Shown here: positions 13,407-27,170 of the stretch, piece after piece
How positions within the stretch are numbered: position 1 is the first letter of the stretch
How the letters are laid out: each line of letters begins with the position of its first letter
Source: Octopus sinensis
Lineage: Eukaryota
Reading direction: 5' to 3'
DNA length: 64,000 bases
Assembly (NCBI RefSeq): GCF_006345805.1
Contig: NC_043002.1
Span: 57,660,001 to 57,724,000, forward strand
Notes under the pieces: generated by a model
Seen by the model: the letters and a program-made list of their open reading frames with translations, nothing else
Database searches by the model: none
Told to the model about the DNA's origin: nothing
Translations under genes and position numbers: made by a program

Positions 13407-13410
<4 letters not shown>
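12985..13410 (+). mobile_element. Probable PLE terminal-repeat relic (family D) with degenerate hammerhead
   Basis: AT-rich module flanked by (TA)n on both sides and containing the hammerhead-like motif at 13127-13180. Confidence 0.5.
13127..13180 (+). ncRNA. Degenerate type I hammerhead ribozyme
   Basis: TATCG-CTGACGA-GGAG...CTCT-GAAA-TTGGG-AC-CGATA: stem I (TATCG/CGATA), canonical core and stem II are present, but U16.1 is replaced by A and stem III does not pair. Confidence 0.5.
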
Positions 13411-13448
<38 letters not shown>

Positions 13449-13913
13449 ACTTAAGGACACAACGTATCGCCGGGAGTTGAACTCACGACCCTACAATTTT
13501 GAGTGAAATGCCCTAGTCACTCGTCCAACCTTCACTGCTCGAAATATAAATGTTGAAAGTAAAAAGAAAAGTGAAGGAGGAGGTTATTGGTTAGACATTT
13601 CATAGCAGTCCAGACATCTTACCTTGTAGATCGGCTGATCTTATGAAGATTAGCAGCGAAATCAGGAGGAAACGTAAGATTCTGTGTTGGTCCATCGATG
13701 TTACTTATTTTCGCAAATGATGCTTCTCGGTTTCTCAGATGATTTATTGTCTGACATAAGATGAAATTATAAGTTACTGATAAATTAAAGACTTGTGTGC
13801 GTATGTGTGTGTATATACGTGTGTATATGCATGTATGTATGTATGTACGTATGCATATATGTACGTATGTATGCATGTATGTATGTATGTATATATGTAT
13901 GTACGTATATCTA

Positions 13914-14010
<97 letters not shown>

Positions 14011-14304
14011 GAATACAAAAACTGGGACAAGAAAACATCCAGACAGATGACACAAAAAGGGGACAAGAAAAATCAAGAACGGGTCATACGGAGTTTTCTT
14101 TCCTCAATCGAGTTCCAGATTATCATTGCAACTTCTGCTGGTTATATTCGAGATTGCTCCAATCTGGTCATCCCATCGAAAATCTAAGCTAAGAGCACTA
14201 GATTCCTTGGAAGAAAGGAATGAACGTATACGAAAACAAGGACGGAGAAAAACGGAGAAATGTTGTACGTACACTTTGGTCTCTCTCTCTCTCTCTCTCT
14301 CTTT

Positions 14305-14379
<75 letters not shown>

Positions 14380-14486
14380 CACATACATATATATTTACGA
14401 GTTACTGATATATTAAGCACCTTTGTAGGTATGTGTGCGTATGTGTGTATGTCTGTGTATCTATATATTCTCATCGTTCGACATTT

Positions 14487-14530
<44 letters not shown>

Positions 14531-15139
14531 TTACACACACGCACACTCAAACACACACACACACACACACACACGTACGCACACACACACACACAAATTG
14601 TTATTAATGCAAACATATGGAAGAATAGAATCGAAGTTGAACACGCGCAGAAAATAAATTAGAATTAATTAGAATTCAATTATATTTTAAAATGTAGGAA
14701 TACACTTCATCGGTTTCACATTAGATTTTGACAAACTGTATAATGTATGGAGTCACATGCCAGATTGTGTCTATTCTGGCCACCGTTATAAAAACAGTTT
14801 GTTTATAAAGTAGAAATGTGGCGCAGCATGCTATCAAACATCAACAAGATATCCGGTTGTAATCCAGCTAAAACGTAGCTATAAATTGTTATTGATGACT
14901 GTATTATAGGTTTTAAAGCATGGTATTTGATTTGTTCTGCAGATTAACCTTTCATGCTAGAAATGATATTGTTATCCAGAAATTTCATGGATTCTGGTAT
15001 CAAATCTATCGCAGTACAGATATATGCTCTGTATATATTGTGTATAGTAATCTCACGCCATATCGGGGTTCACGTATTGTGGTTAATTATTTAAGCTTAC
15101 GTCGATTTCTCCGTGGTGTTATTTTGCATTTATAATAAA

Positions 15140-15959
15140 ACTAGCTTAAGGTGACCCGCTCTACGCGCGTGTAAGAGTGTGGTTGTTACTTTCTGTTGCA
15201 TCCTTTCTGTTTTTATCACCACATTCTCCCTCTTTGTTTCTCTCTCCTTTCTCTCTCACTTTCCCACTCTCTTACTCTTCCTTTCTCTCGGACTCTCCCG
15301 CGCTTTCTCTTACTCTCTATCTTTCTCTATCTATCTATCTATCTATCTCCCATTTATAAACAACAAACGATCTTGAGTAAGTTGAGAAAGAAAAATATTT
15401 TGAAAGATCAATCATAAATATCAGGCAGTGACAACGGAAAGATCTGCTTCAAGGCAGACAGCAAAACACTAACATTTAAAAGGGACAGACGAACTTGCGA
15501 GCTAAATAAAAATAAAAAAAATATTGGAAACCAAAGTTTGAAGGGATAGAATCTAAGGATAGTAGAGTCACCATGGCTGGCATTTCTTAACGACAGACAG
15601 CAACGTAGTGGTAGTTTAACGGCTAGCGTAAAATTTTGAACTTGATGTAAAAGAAAATTCCTAAACACCCGCTCCTGTAAATTTTAATCCCCTTCCAGCC
15701 CCATTTGACCTCTTTTCACATTTTGGTTAATATAATCCGATTTCATTTGGGTCTATTCGGGCCACATTTTATAAGATGAGGAATTTTGTCCTAGAGGTCA
15801 CGCTTTTCATTTGAGGAAAAAAATAGTTGCCATGCAAACTCGCATATTTTCAGCTCAACCGACCACATAATGCACACATTATATATATATATACGCATTA
15901 CATATATATATATGTGTGTGTGTGTACGCATTATATATACAAATGTATACAAATTTATA

Positions 15960-15998
<39 letters not shown>

Positions 15999-16475
15999 TT
16001 TGTATATATACATTATATATACATATTTATATATAGAACACACACACATATAAATTAGCCAATAAATATCTGATTCATAATATTTTTTCTCATGATTGTG
16101 TGGTGGTGGTGGTGGCGATAATAAGACTCTCTATGAATGCAGACAGACGTAGAGTGAGAGAGTGACAGCGAAAGATAGTAGACGCTGTCAAGCGACGATA
16201 TAGAGAGAAAGTGATGGGAAGGGAGGAAACAGAGAGAGACGGAGGAAGACAGGCAGATAAGAGAATGGGAGCAGACTTGTCAAAGTGTGTGCTTTTTTGC
16301 CCTAGTAACCACACCTTTTAAGATAGGGATTTCTAAGCTAGCCCACTTACATCCTCACCTCATTTTACATGTGCCTGTAAATTTTGGAGTCAATTCGACG
16401 GGATCTAGTGCTCTTTAACCCGTTCCAATGCCAAAACTAGACAAAAAAACTTTTCGCATTTCAGATTTATAGATA
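15140..16475 (+). mobile_element. Possible Helentron/DINE-like non-autonomous element, interrupted by microsatellites
   Basis: Start AAACTAGC...ACCCGC...CGCG and end ...GTAAATTTTGGAGTCAATTCG...CATTTCAGATTTATAGAT resemble DINE-type ends; assignment by resemblance only. Confidence 0.3.
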
Positions 16476-16494
16476 TTGATAAATATATATAGAG

Positions 16495-16722
16495 GTGGCG
16501 AGCCGGCAGAAACGTTAGCACGTCGGGCGAAATATTTAGCGGTATTTCGTCTGCCGTTACGTTCTGAGCTCAAATTTCACCGGGATCGATTTTGCCTTTC
16601 ACCCTTTCTGGGTCGATTAAATAAGTATCATTTACGCACAGGGGTCGATCTAATCGGCGTAATCCTTTTGTCTGTCCTTGTTTGTCCGCTTTATATTTAG
16701 TCCTCTCTGGGCAATAAATAAA
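16495..16722 (+). mobile_element. tRNA/CORE-type SINE, family 2, near full length
   Basis: GGCGAGCCGGCAGAAACGTTAGCACGTCGGGCG (A-box region), GAGCTCAAATTTC (B-box region), core GGGTCGATTAAATAAGTA. Confidence 0.8.
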
Positions 16723-16880
16723 TAAATAAATATATAAAAATTATAAAAATAATAAAAATACACAGTACAGTACTGTTTCTACTTCGCGGATTTTCAGATA
16801 TCGCTGGGAATTTTGGAACGTAGCACCCGTGATAGTCGAGTGTACTGTATTGCATATTTTCATTGTGGAAATGGCACTCT

Positions 16881-17225
16881 TTTATTTGTTTCAGTCATTT
16901 GACTGCGGCCATGCTGGAGCAATGCCTTTAGTCGAGCAAATCGACCCCAGGACTTATTATTTGTAAGCCTAGTACTTATTCTATCGGTCACTTTTGGCGA
17001 ACCGCTAAGTTACGGAGACGTAAACACGCAAGCACACACACAAACATATACATATATATATATATACAACGGGCTTCTTTCAGTTTCCGTCTTACCAAAT
17101 CCACTCACGAGGCTTTAATCGGCCCGAGGCTATAGTAGAAGACAATTGGCCAAAGTGCCACGCAGTGGGGCTGAACCCAGGACCATGTGGTTGGTAAACA
17201 AGCTAATTATCACACAACCAGCCAC
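16881..17225 (-). mobile_element. tRNA-derived SINE, family 1 (internal microsatellite)
   Basis: tRNA-like head at about 17225 reading leftwards, internal (TA)/(CA) tract, and tail GGCATTGCTCCAGCATGGCCGCAGTCAAAATGACTGAAAC. Confidence 0.85.
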
Positions 17226-17464
17226 TCTTGCACCTAAAACATAATTCCTGCACATTTATAATTCAAATATGTTAGCGGACGCAGAGTCACATAAATGTGA
17301 AAACAACCTTTTTTTTATTCTGGATAATTTTAAGTTCTTCAGATAACTCGAAAAGGAGTAGAAGCAGGATATTCGTGAGGTAAACCACCGATGGAAATAG
17401 AACCATTCTTATTAACGTGTGGAATCTTAGAGTCAAGAGGTAACTCATACATTAAAATATTGGT

Positions 17465-17680
17465 TTCAAAATGTGGCAAATGGCCAGCAATTTCGGGGGA
17501 TGGGGAGGGTGGCTAGTTGATTACATCGACTCCAGTTCTCAGTTGGTACATGTTTTATCGACCCGAAACGATGAAAGGCAAAGTCGACCTTGGCGGAATT
17601 TGAACTAATAACGTGGAGATGGACGAAATGCCGCCAATCATTTTCCCGGCGTGCTAACGATTCTGCCAGCTTGCCGAATT
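17465..17680 (-). mobile_element. SINE family 2
   Basis: Reverse complement of the head/core seen at 16495. Confidence 0.75.
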
Positions 17681-18199
17681 GTAAGACATGCTGAGATACT
17701 AAGTGTTGTGGATGATCCCCAGCACTAGCGTAGAAAGAGTGTCTGCTGCCCGAGGCGGCCCTTCCGTTTGCGCGAGGCGGCCCTTCCGTTTGCGGAACCC
17801 GGAGTCCACAGACAGCACATAATGCCTACAGCAGACCCACAAGTGGTATCCCTTTAACAGTGTCACCCGAGGTGGACTACGCCTACCGCTACGCTTGTGA
17901 TCCCCAGTTGATTGATTTGACAGAAAAGCTTTACCCATCATCACTTTCGTAATTCTAAACATCGTCATATCAGCTTCTCACGAGACTCAATATTTTTCAT
18001 TCAACCAACAGAAGAAAATAAAGAAATAATAAAGGCTTCCAGCTCTTGAATATCCCGCATAAATTTATCCATTCGCAAAGCAGTATTGTTCAAGATGTTG
18101 TTCAGCAACTGTCACTGGGATTTATTGATTGACGTAAAGAAAGTTTAGATGCTCAGGAAACTGAAGTCCTCAAAATCGGAAGGACACATCGGCTTATAT

Positions 18200-19140
18200 G
18201 AGTGGAATTTGCGGTATAACTGCATCCTCTCTGTTCGTGCAACCAATGAGATTAGAGACCGCGATTATATATGATCTAATCTTCTTAACCGTTTGCCATG
18301 TGCCATTACATAACCATAGTTAATCTAAATTATGTAACAGAATTATTGGGGAAATGAAGTCTGTGTGGCAATCGACTTGACGGTTCAAGGAATTTAAAAT
18401 TCTACAGGTTAATGAACTATTTCTTCTTGATCCACTACACTATGTATTGATCTGTCGGTTTTGATCTCTAGGTATTGATTTGTAGGTATTGATTTGTAAC
18501 TATGACTATTTCTTGGAAGCACCGACAACAGCTGCCAGTTGATGGTATTTCCCAAGCGTTTTGCTTTCTGCACACCCACTTGTATATTAGTTAACGTAGG
18601 TTTGAGGAGCATTTTCGATATCAATTCTTGAGTTGTAACCATTACACATATAAGAGCTGTGTCGACGGCATCTTTTCTGATAAATGAATCATTCTTGTTC
18701 TGTTTGTAACGAAGTTTTCTTCTAAAACGACGGACAACTATTCATTGAAAAAATTGTCTTTCATGCTTGTAGACAGTTTGACAATTTTAACTTCGGTCCA
18801 CTGAGATGACAATTGAAAGCAAACATGAATATCATCACTCAGCATTTTGTCTTTTTGGGATCACTGGAAGAGTTTGTGAATATCACAGGCACTCTTCTCT
18901 CTTTAGTTCTTTTGTCACTCAAGTCCTGCCCAGTGTGGAACATTCGTCCCCGACATTCATTTGGAATCACTGTCCAGTTCCTAAATTCTTCGGAATGTTG
19001 CAAACAGTTGCATTATCCGTGCCATAGTCTTCGGACAGACGTGTCACAATCTGTAAACTTCCTATAGAAATAGAGTGCAGTTAGAATGCATTACAGAAGA
19101 TAGTGGAAGAATTTGGGTTACTGAAAATTTGTAAATAGAC
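18200..19140 (-). mobile_element. Highly degenerate pogo/Tigger (CENP-B-like) transposase relic
   Basis: Minus-strand remnants LSEDYGTDNATVCNIPKN (HTH-like), LSGPKL and VDTAL..W resemble Tigger N-terminal motifs; many stops and frameshifts. Confidence 0.35.
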
Positions 19141-19234
19141 ACCTTTATAGGATAGTCGACATTCAACATAAAGGAACCTGTTACCTGTTGGGGAACATAA
19201 CTAACATGTATGTATAAATAGTCCCTTCTAATAT

Positions 19235-19440
19235 AGGCAAAAGGCCTGGAAATTTTGTGGAAGGGGCAAGTCGATTACATCGACCTCAGATTCTACAGGT
19301 ACTTATTTTATCGACCCCGAAAAAATGAAAGACAAAGTTGTCTTCGATGACAATTTGAATTCAGAACGTAAAGACGGACGAAATGCTGCTACGCATTTTG
19401 TCCGGCGAGGTAACGATTCTGTCAGCTCACCCATTAGCAT
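19235..19440 (-). mobile_element. SINE family 2
   Basis: GATTACATCGACC...TATCGACCCCGAAAAAATGAAAGACAAAGTTG...AATTCAGAACGTAA. Confidence 0.7.
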
Positions 19441-20575
19441 GAATAGTGGCACCACAATAAACCGGATGCCAAACGTCCAACCTTGTTCATTGTTTATTCA
19501 GGAATATTTCTTGGTCAAATTGATACACTGGTAACACACTGGCAGAAATGCCAACAATAGTAATAACCATAAACGTCGTAGATTCTAAAATGCGATACAA
19601 TTTAAAATATATAACTAACTTTAACATTTGAAAATAAAGGAATCTTACTATTATATAAGTAAAATTTATACTAGTTTTCCTTACTTCACAAGTGTCAAAA
19701 TGTATTACTTCTTTTCCTGTCTGCAAAAGAGAAGTGATTGCTGGTCGTTATAGTAATCGGATAGAAAAAGATAGGACAATAATATTTGATTTTATAAGAT
19801 ATATATATATCTGCTGAAATAAAATAGTGAACAAGTTGTGAAATTTTCATGACATTTACGTTAGTTATATAGATATATGCTAACGCTTCCAAACACTTGT
19901 AATCATTAAGCTTTAACATGAAATAACTTGCACTCTCTATCTGAAATATATTTTATTGAATACAATCAAGGTTATTTCACACGATAGCATCGCTCATTCT
20001 CCATATTGAAATAAAATACAAAAGCAAAACTTAGTAACAAAAATACTTCAATATTTACCTTGTTTCTCTCCGATCAAAGTTGATTTAACGCAGTTTATTG
20101 TCTTCCCGCCAGCAATGTATCTTTATATTCCGCTAACGAATCACTTCTTTAAGTAGATATTTATTTGGTTCCTGTTTGCTAGCTGCTTTTTTTGTTGTTG
20201 TTATTTCCTTTGAAAATATATGAAATTGTATATGTTTAATGACTTGAGGAAACATGAGTGTTTGCAACATATAAATTAAAGGATCGTGGTACTTATGAGC
20301 GAACACGTATGTGTGGGAGCGCATGCATGGTGCACACATACACACACACAAACATATATATACGCATACATACACAGATATATGCACACATACATACGTA
20401 CATACATATATACATACACATACACACACAACACACGCTTATATGCCTGTGTGTATTTAGCTTAGCATGTACAGTTGCAGACATATGTACACACATATAG
20501 ATGTATAAACATAAAAACACATGCATAATATATATATATATATATACATGAATATATATATGCATATACATGTAT

Positions 20576-20905
<330 letters not shown>

Positions 20906-21093
20906 TATATATATATATATGTATATATATGTATGTGTATATATATGTATGTATGCATATATATCCATGTATGTATATATATGTATGTATATATATGCAT
21001 ATGTATATATATGATTTTTGATTTTTCCAGTTTCAGCTCATGAGCTGTGGCCATGCTGGGGCACCGCCATTTGGTTTGCTACATGATTTTACC

Positions 21094-24000
21094 TCACGAA
21101 TGCTTTTTAGCAACTGCCATTTGGTGCATGAGAGAGTTCGATGCAGCTGCCCTCATCTGCACCTCCTGCCGTGAAGTTGGTTCATCCGGGACACCTGACA
21201 GGAAGAGATCCAGTCATACTTCAAAGACATCCGCATCTACACCATGCAGGTCCCTCAGGTTCTTCGGGAGGATATTGAAGAGCTGTGGGCCTCTGAAGCC
21301 CAGGCTATCACAGTATCTTGTCCTACATCTTGATGGCAAATTTGGAGTCCTTGGTACCACGCAGTGGCGCCCGGTTCTGGCATTTGTGTGACTCTCGATG
21401 CCAAAGTTTGGGACAAGTCCTTCCAGGATCTTCCAGATATATAATATGGCATATCTTTCTCGCCTACGCTCCAAGGAATAGAGTTTTAATCTCTTGAGTC
21501 TTTCCCAGTAGCTTATATGCTGCACAGAGGCTATCTTTTTCGTGTAGCTTCGTTGGATCGCCTCAAGTTCTGTGATCAACTTGACACTGGATGGTGACCA
21601 TAGCTGAGAGCAATAGTCAAAGTGGCTTAGGACAAGTGTCTTCCAGAGGACCATCATGGTTTCTTGTTCTCTTGTTCTAAAGGTTCTAAGAATCCATCCG
21701 GCCAGCCCTCTACATTTCATTGCCAGTTTAGCAACATGTACATGAAAGGTTGCGTCATCACTCATGTGAATACCCAGGTCACGCACTGATTGTGCCTCTG
21801 GGATTGCAATCCCTCCGGGTCCAGTGTATTCATTGGGTATTGCATTCAGTTTTGCATGCTGATAGCATAAAGCTTGAAACTTTTCAGCATTGAACTGCAT
21901 GCTATTCTTTTCAGCCCACTTGTATATTTTGTTCAGCTCACATTGCAGGTGCTTAGTGTCTTCAGAGTTTTGTATTGCCTGTGAAACTTTTGTATCATCT
22001 GCATAACTTGTAATCGTGGCTCTCTGCGTGGCTGAGGGCATGTCTGAGAGGGCCATTATGAACAGTAGTGGTCCCAAAACAGTGCCCTGCGGAACACCGC
22101 TCACTATTTGCGTGTTAATGGAAGTGGCCTCATTGGCTACTACCACCTGACTTCTATCCTTCAGAAAGTCATGAAGCCATTCTCCCACTTTTCCAACTAT
22201 GCCAAGATCACGCAGTTTGTGACATATCATTCCATGATCGACTTTATCAAAGGCCTTTGCAAAGTCGAGATATATCATTTCCACATTTGAGTGGTTGAGA
22301 AGTCGTTTCAGCACCCAGTCATAGTGTTGTAGGAGCTGAGTTAAGCAGCTTCTTCCTGGTCGGAAACCATGTTGGGTGTCAGGCAGCAAGTCATTTTCTT
22401 CAAGGAAGGTGATTAGTTTCCTTCTGACTATTCGTTCAATGACCTTGCTGATGTGTGAAGTCAGAGAGATAGGTCTGTAGTTCTTGGCCTCCGCTCTGCT
22501 ACCTCCTTTATGAATAGGGCATATTTTACCTTCCTTCAGTTTTCTTGGAAGTTTGCCAGTTGCAAGGAAGCTCTGAAAGAGAGACTGCAGTGGTCTTGGT
22601 AGGACTCTCTTACATACTTTTAGAAGGATTGCCGGGAATCCATCGGGGCCAGTAGCTGAGTTTGTTTTCATCTCATCTATAGCCTTTATTACATCGTCTT
22701 CCTTTATTTTGATGTAATCAATCATCGCCGCCTCTGACCCCATATCTGCAGTGGTGAAGAAGTCAGCTGGATTGCTGATTTGGAAATGCCCAAGGGGTGG
22801 GGTGAAAACACTCTTGAATTGCTCATTTAGTATTTCACTTACCCTCATTGGATTTCCTGTGAGTGTGCCATCCTTTTCAAGGAGTGGCCCTATCCTACAG
22901 TGCACCGTAGCTGTTTCTTTGGCATACCTGTAGAAAGCTCTGGGGTTAGATTTTATGTTGTCTATAGCCCAGGCTTCTTTGTCTGCTCTTTCTTTTTCAT
23001 GGGAGAGTTGCAGACATTTTTCAATTTCCAACAGTTTCATTTTCAGGCGGGACTTTTCACTGCTTTCAAATTGTTTGTTTAGGCGATTTGAGATTTTTGT
23101 ACGCCGTCTCATTAGAATTTTCCTCTCTCTGGGGATTTTGTTCTTGTGTACAGTGGCCTTTCTCTCTGGGACACATTTGTAGCATATGGCTTGCATTACA
23201 GACATGAATTGTTGAAGTTTCATGTCGATGTCTGGCGAGGAGAGACATCCAGGCCAGTTTTGTTTGAGGATCTCTTTCTCAATTTGTTTCCAGTTTGCCT
23301 TATTGAAGTTTAAGCTGGAAAGATTCTGAGAGTTTATTGTAGGCTGCATGTCCATGCTTTCCTTTGGCCCGTACATGATCAGCTCTACCATGTTGTGATC
23401 CGAGAGTAGTGTCGGTGTCACTTTCACATTATGGATGAGATCCATATTATTTGTGAAGCAGAGATCCAGTGTGTTACCTGCCCTGGTTGGTTGGAGTATT
23501 ACTTGCTCCATGTACAGGGTGTTGATGAGGTTCAGGAGGGACTTCGCCTGTCCTCGTTCACATCGTGTCATTCCTGGGAGAGAAAGGCCCTCGGGCCATC
23601 TGACATTGGGTAGATTGAAGTCTCCCATGAGAAGTACACTTATGTGTTGTTCTAGTGTGACTAGAACTTCTTCTATTTTTATAAGGCAGTCTTCAAACTT
23701 GCCCATATGGCTTGGGGCATCTGGAGGGCGATATGTAGCACACACAACTACACCAAGTTGCCTTACATGTACAATTAGTGTGTCACACACCGAGTTTGAG
23801 TATGACAGAAGGACCTGGGGTGTGAGGTCCTCACGGATGTACATAGCAACTCCTCCATGACTCCTTTCTTTTCTGTCGGTCCTTAGTACAACATACTATG
23901 GCATGTGTAATTCCGCATCCGCTATGTCCGGTTTCAGGTGTGTTTCCGTAAGTGCTATGCATAAGGCTTGATTGCATGCAACAAAGTCTCTCAAGAACGG

Positions 24001-24198
24001 GATTTTTGTCCTGTTACTGTGTGTTAGTAGTCCTCTGATGTTCAGTAGGAGCATCGAGGTGAGGTGTATGCTGTTGCCGGTGGTGTCCACCTTGGGTCTA
24101 TTTGCTGTGGTGGTCTTGTGAACTGTGGATAGTCCCATCTGCGAGCTTGAGTTTGATGGAGCCAGGTTAGCTGCTGTACAATCTTTTGTGCCATGCAC
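21094..24198 (-). pseudogene. CR1-group ORF2 (APE endonuclease plus reverse transcriptase), two in-frame nonsense codons
   Basis: Track ORFs 23896..24198 and 21214..23844 are in one frame. Reading through TAG (23896-98) gives ...LHMP*YVVLRTDRKERSHGGVAMY; reading through TGA (21214-16) gives FEV*LDLFLSGVPDEP...AASNSL to TGA at 21094-96. Motifs: NIRGL, TETHL, GDFNLP, SDH, YRPISLTS, QHGFRPGRSC, YLDFAKAFDKV, GVPQGTVLGPLLF, YADD. Confidence 0.93.
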
Positions 24199-24683
24199 AA
24201 AAAAGATTCTTGTTCAGCAGCTGCCCTTTCAACAACACGTTGGCGGTTTGTGGCACGCACCACATCTGCGTACCTCCGTTTTGGGGCAGGTGGTGCGTGG
24301 TCCATCCCTTTTCCTTTCGGTAGTTGGTTTCTGACATGTTTCGTGTCTCTGCGACAGGGTCCCGGATGTGCAAAACGGCAGCCTGCACCTTCCTCTCCAT
24401 GCCAGCAGGCACCTCTCAGGTAGAACCTACACACCCGTGTGCGCTGTCTGTTTCCATTCTTTTTGGTATATGGATAGTCAGGTTTGCTTCTATCCTTGGC
24501 TGTTTCATTTTTTGGTTTTGCCTGAGTTTTAGTTTTAGTTTTTCCTCCTTCTTTGGTTCTTTCGTCTCCATGGCTTTTGGTGCTGGTAGGAGCACTTGCA
24601 CTTGGGTTTACTTCCCGGGCAGGTTTCTCACTGGAGTTTTCTTCCTGGGTGTCTACCAGGTGGGGGTGACTTTTTTCATCAGC
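24042..24683 (-). CDS. CR1-group ORF1 C-terminal remnant with CCCH zinc finger
   Basis: Open from ADEKSHPH... to the stop at 24042; [22 protein letters not shown] (C-x7-C-x8-C-x3-H) at about 24367-24432. Overlaps the start of ORF2 in another frame. The upstream part of the track ORF is microsatellite. Confidence 0.7.
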   Translation of the reverse strand, partial: ADEKSHPHLVDTQEENSSEKPAREVNPSASAPTSTKSHGDERTKEGGKTKTKTQAKPKNETAKDRSKPDYPYTKKNGNRQRTRVCRFYLRGACWHGEEGAGCRFAHPGPCRRDTKHVRNQLPKGKGMDHAPPAPKRRYADVVRATNRQRVVERAAAEQESFLCMAQKIVQQLTWLHQTQARRWDYPQFTRPPQQIDPRWTPPATAYTSPRCSY

Positions 24684-24734
24684 ATATATATATGTATGTA
24701 TATATATGCATGTATATATATATATGTATATATG

Positions 24735-24766
<32 letters not shown>

Positions 24767-25554
24767 TATATATATATACATATACATCTATACACACACA
24801 TAAATATGTATATATATATGTGAATGTGTATCTATATACACATATATATGCATGAGTATATATATATATATGTGTGTATATATATATGTGTATATATATA
24901 TGTATGTATATGTATATATACATGTATATACATACATAAATTATAACACAAGAACATGGAATGAACATATTTTAATGCAAATCACTACAACCGTTTCTGT
25001 TTATTAGTATCAGTTGTTAATTGCTGAGTGTTTCACATATTATACACATTCTTGCATTTAATACGATGCAACAATAGTTGTATACCCGCACGTCTTCAGT
25101 TGAGTAAGTTCGACATCGCTGCTGGATCAGCTATAGACTTCCCATTGTTTTATACCCATGTTCTATTCTTAGAATTCCATTGACAAAGAGCATCACGGAA
25201 ACACAAAGAGATACAAAGGATAAAAAATACCAAATACGAATTAGCGAAAATTAAAATTAAAAATATAAAACATAAAATAAACAGACCAAAAGAAATTGAA
25301 GGAAATAAAAAAAATAAAAAATATTAAACGGAAAATAATCAAGCATCTTATTCAGCATATTCTTAAGCACAAACAAGTCTCGACTTTTATGAGTGATCCA
25401 CATGTTTCTGCAGCGGAATTTAACAGATTTCCAGTAAAAAGAGTAGTCCTGTTGCAGGATAGCATATGGTAACCGATACTCGTAGAAGAGCTTTGGAAAG
25501 CACATTATCATGCCATTAGCCAGAGGTAATTCAATAATATACATATAGATATAT

Positions 25555-25590
<36 letters not shown>

Positions 25591-25927
25591 CGTGTATGTA
25601 TATGTGTATATGGTATCAGAGCAAGAAAAAATAGCTAATATTGTGTTATAGTTTCTTGTTAATAGCGTCGGTGAAAAATTACTGCTTCTTACGTCAAAGA
25701 TGACACATGAGGAAAAGGAGTGGAAAATGTACATATAATATCTCGATGAATATTTAGTTTTTCCTGTCATTGCAAATAGCTGGGAGCTGGACATGAAACC
25801 TAAAGATATCAAACTGTGCATTTATGGACATGACGTGGATACAACCACGCATGCGCTCACACACTCGTGCACACATTCATAATCACACAGATTTACAATA
25901 ATTAATATTCTAGTATATTTATACACA

Positions 25928-25984
<57 letters not shown>

Positions 25985-26214
25985 ATATATATATATATAT
26001 ATATACATAAATATGCATACATAAATATGTATGCATACAGGCACTCTCATACACATATGTGTGTATATGTACATGATTGAGTAATATAGAAAGAGACTTA
26101 CCTCCAGAGAGTTCATTTGCTTTTATTTCAATAACTTAGACAAATACAGGTATGTCAAACACCATACAACACAAATTCTTGATTTATTACTGCTACTTCT
26201 ATCTGAAGGATAGG

Positions 26215-26219
<5 letters not shown>

Positions 26220-26272
<53 letters not shown>

Positions 26273-26450
26273 GTAGTAGTAGTAGTAGTAGTAGTGTGCG
26301 AGGATGCGGTGTAAAATCACCATTTGTTGGTGATTCCCTGCTACTCCTGGACTATGACACCTCTATACTATTTGGGCGAAAACCCTCCAGCTGCTGGGTC
26401 CGTTTGGGTAGTCCTTGCCGATGAGGGTTTTACGAGGTCGGAGTACATGT
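26220..26450 (-). mobile_element. Non-coding retroelement 3' remnant ending in (TAC)n(TAA)n
   Basis: GC-richer 160-bp segment abutting (ATT)n(AGT)n at 26219-26295; resembles the 3' UTR of an AAT-targeting element. Confidence 0.35.
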
Positions 26451-26859
26451 CTCACCTCAACCTCTTTTAGATCGCCTTTTACCACAGGCACAAGAGACGC
26501 TGGGTCTATTCTTTGACATGTCGGTCTCCATACAGCATTAGAGGTACGTGAAATGAATTGTTTTTCTCAAGCACACAACTCGCCACAAGGTTCGGGGATC
26601 GGACCGACGACATGGCGATCGTGAGTACAACACCCAGACCACGAAACAATGCGTCTTTAGATGTATCAAAATTACCAAAGACCAATAATCCTTGACATTA
26701 ACTCTAATGAGTAGAAAAACTAAAAAGCTGTGAGAATTTCTCGGAGCCATCTTCATGTTTCATGACAGGGACCAAACAGTCAGGGCTGAAGGCCTCTTAG
26801 AGGTGTTTCCGGATATAAACTCGCCCCGAAAGGGTAAAATGGTGATTGGTGATCTTCCA

Positions 26860-27170
26860 TAGAAGGTGATATTATGCCATTAAGCCATTGACCATTTTTG
26901 GTCTATCAACGTGGATAGAAGACAGGAGAGTTTTTATCAATTGCAGTCCACCGCCATGGTATCCAGCTTTATGGACCTCGCGACGAACGCATTTGGTTGA
27001 CGCTGTTTTAGTCAGGTTTATCTCTACTGTCCCATTTACTGCTGAAGTTCGTTGGTTTTTAGACACAACGAGTTTCGTTATTCTGCGTTTCCTTTCAACG
27101 AGCTTTGCATTCTGTTCATAATTATGCTTGTCAGAGCAAGCGTAACCTTGGTTTTCAATTTCCAACATGA
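26860..27170 (-). mobile_element. Tc1-family transposase fragment
   Basis: KRRITKLVVSKNQRTSAVNGTVEINLTKTASTKCVRREVHKAGYHG matches the Tc1 DNA-binding region pattern (S..TVRR.L...G..G). Confidence 0.65.

Larger units (their letters stand above)
21013..24683 (-). mobile_element. CR1-group LINE, 5'-truncated in ORF1, complete 3' end
   Basis: ORF1 remnant, APE endonuclease-RT ORF2 and a short 3' UTR ending in a stem-loop and an A-rich tail; both flanks are TA-rich microsatellite. Confidence 0.93.

Noticed and set aside
13636-13681. ATCT-TATGAA-GATT...AATC-AGGAG-GAAACGTA-AGAT hammerhead-like motif
   Set aside because: The core is deleted and there is a 5-nt insertion before GAAA; suggestive only.
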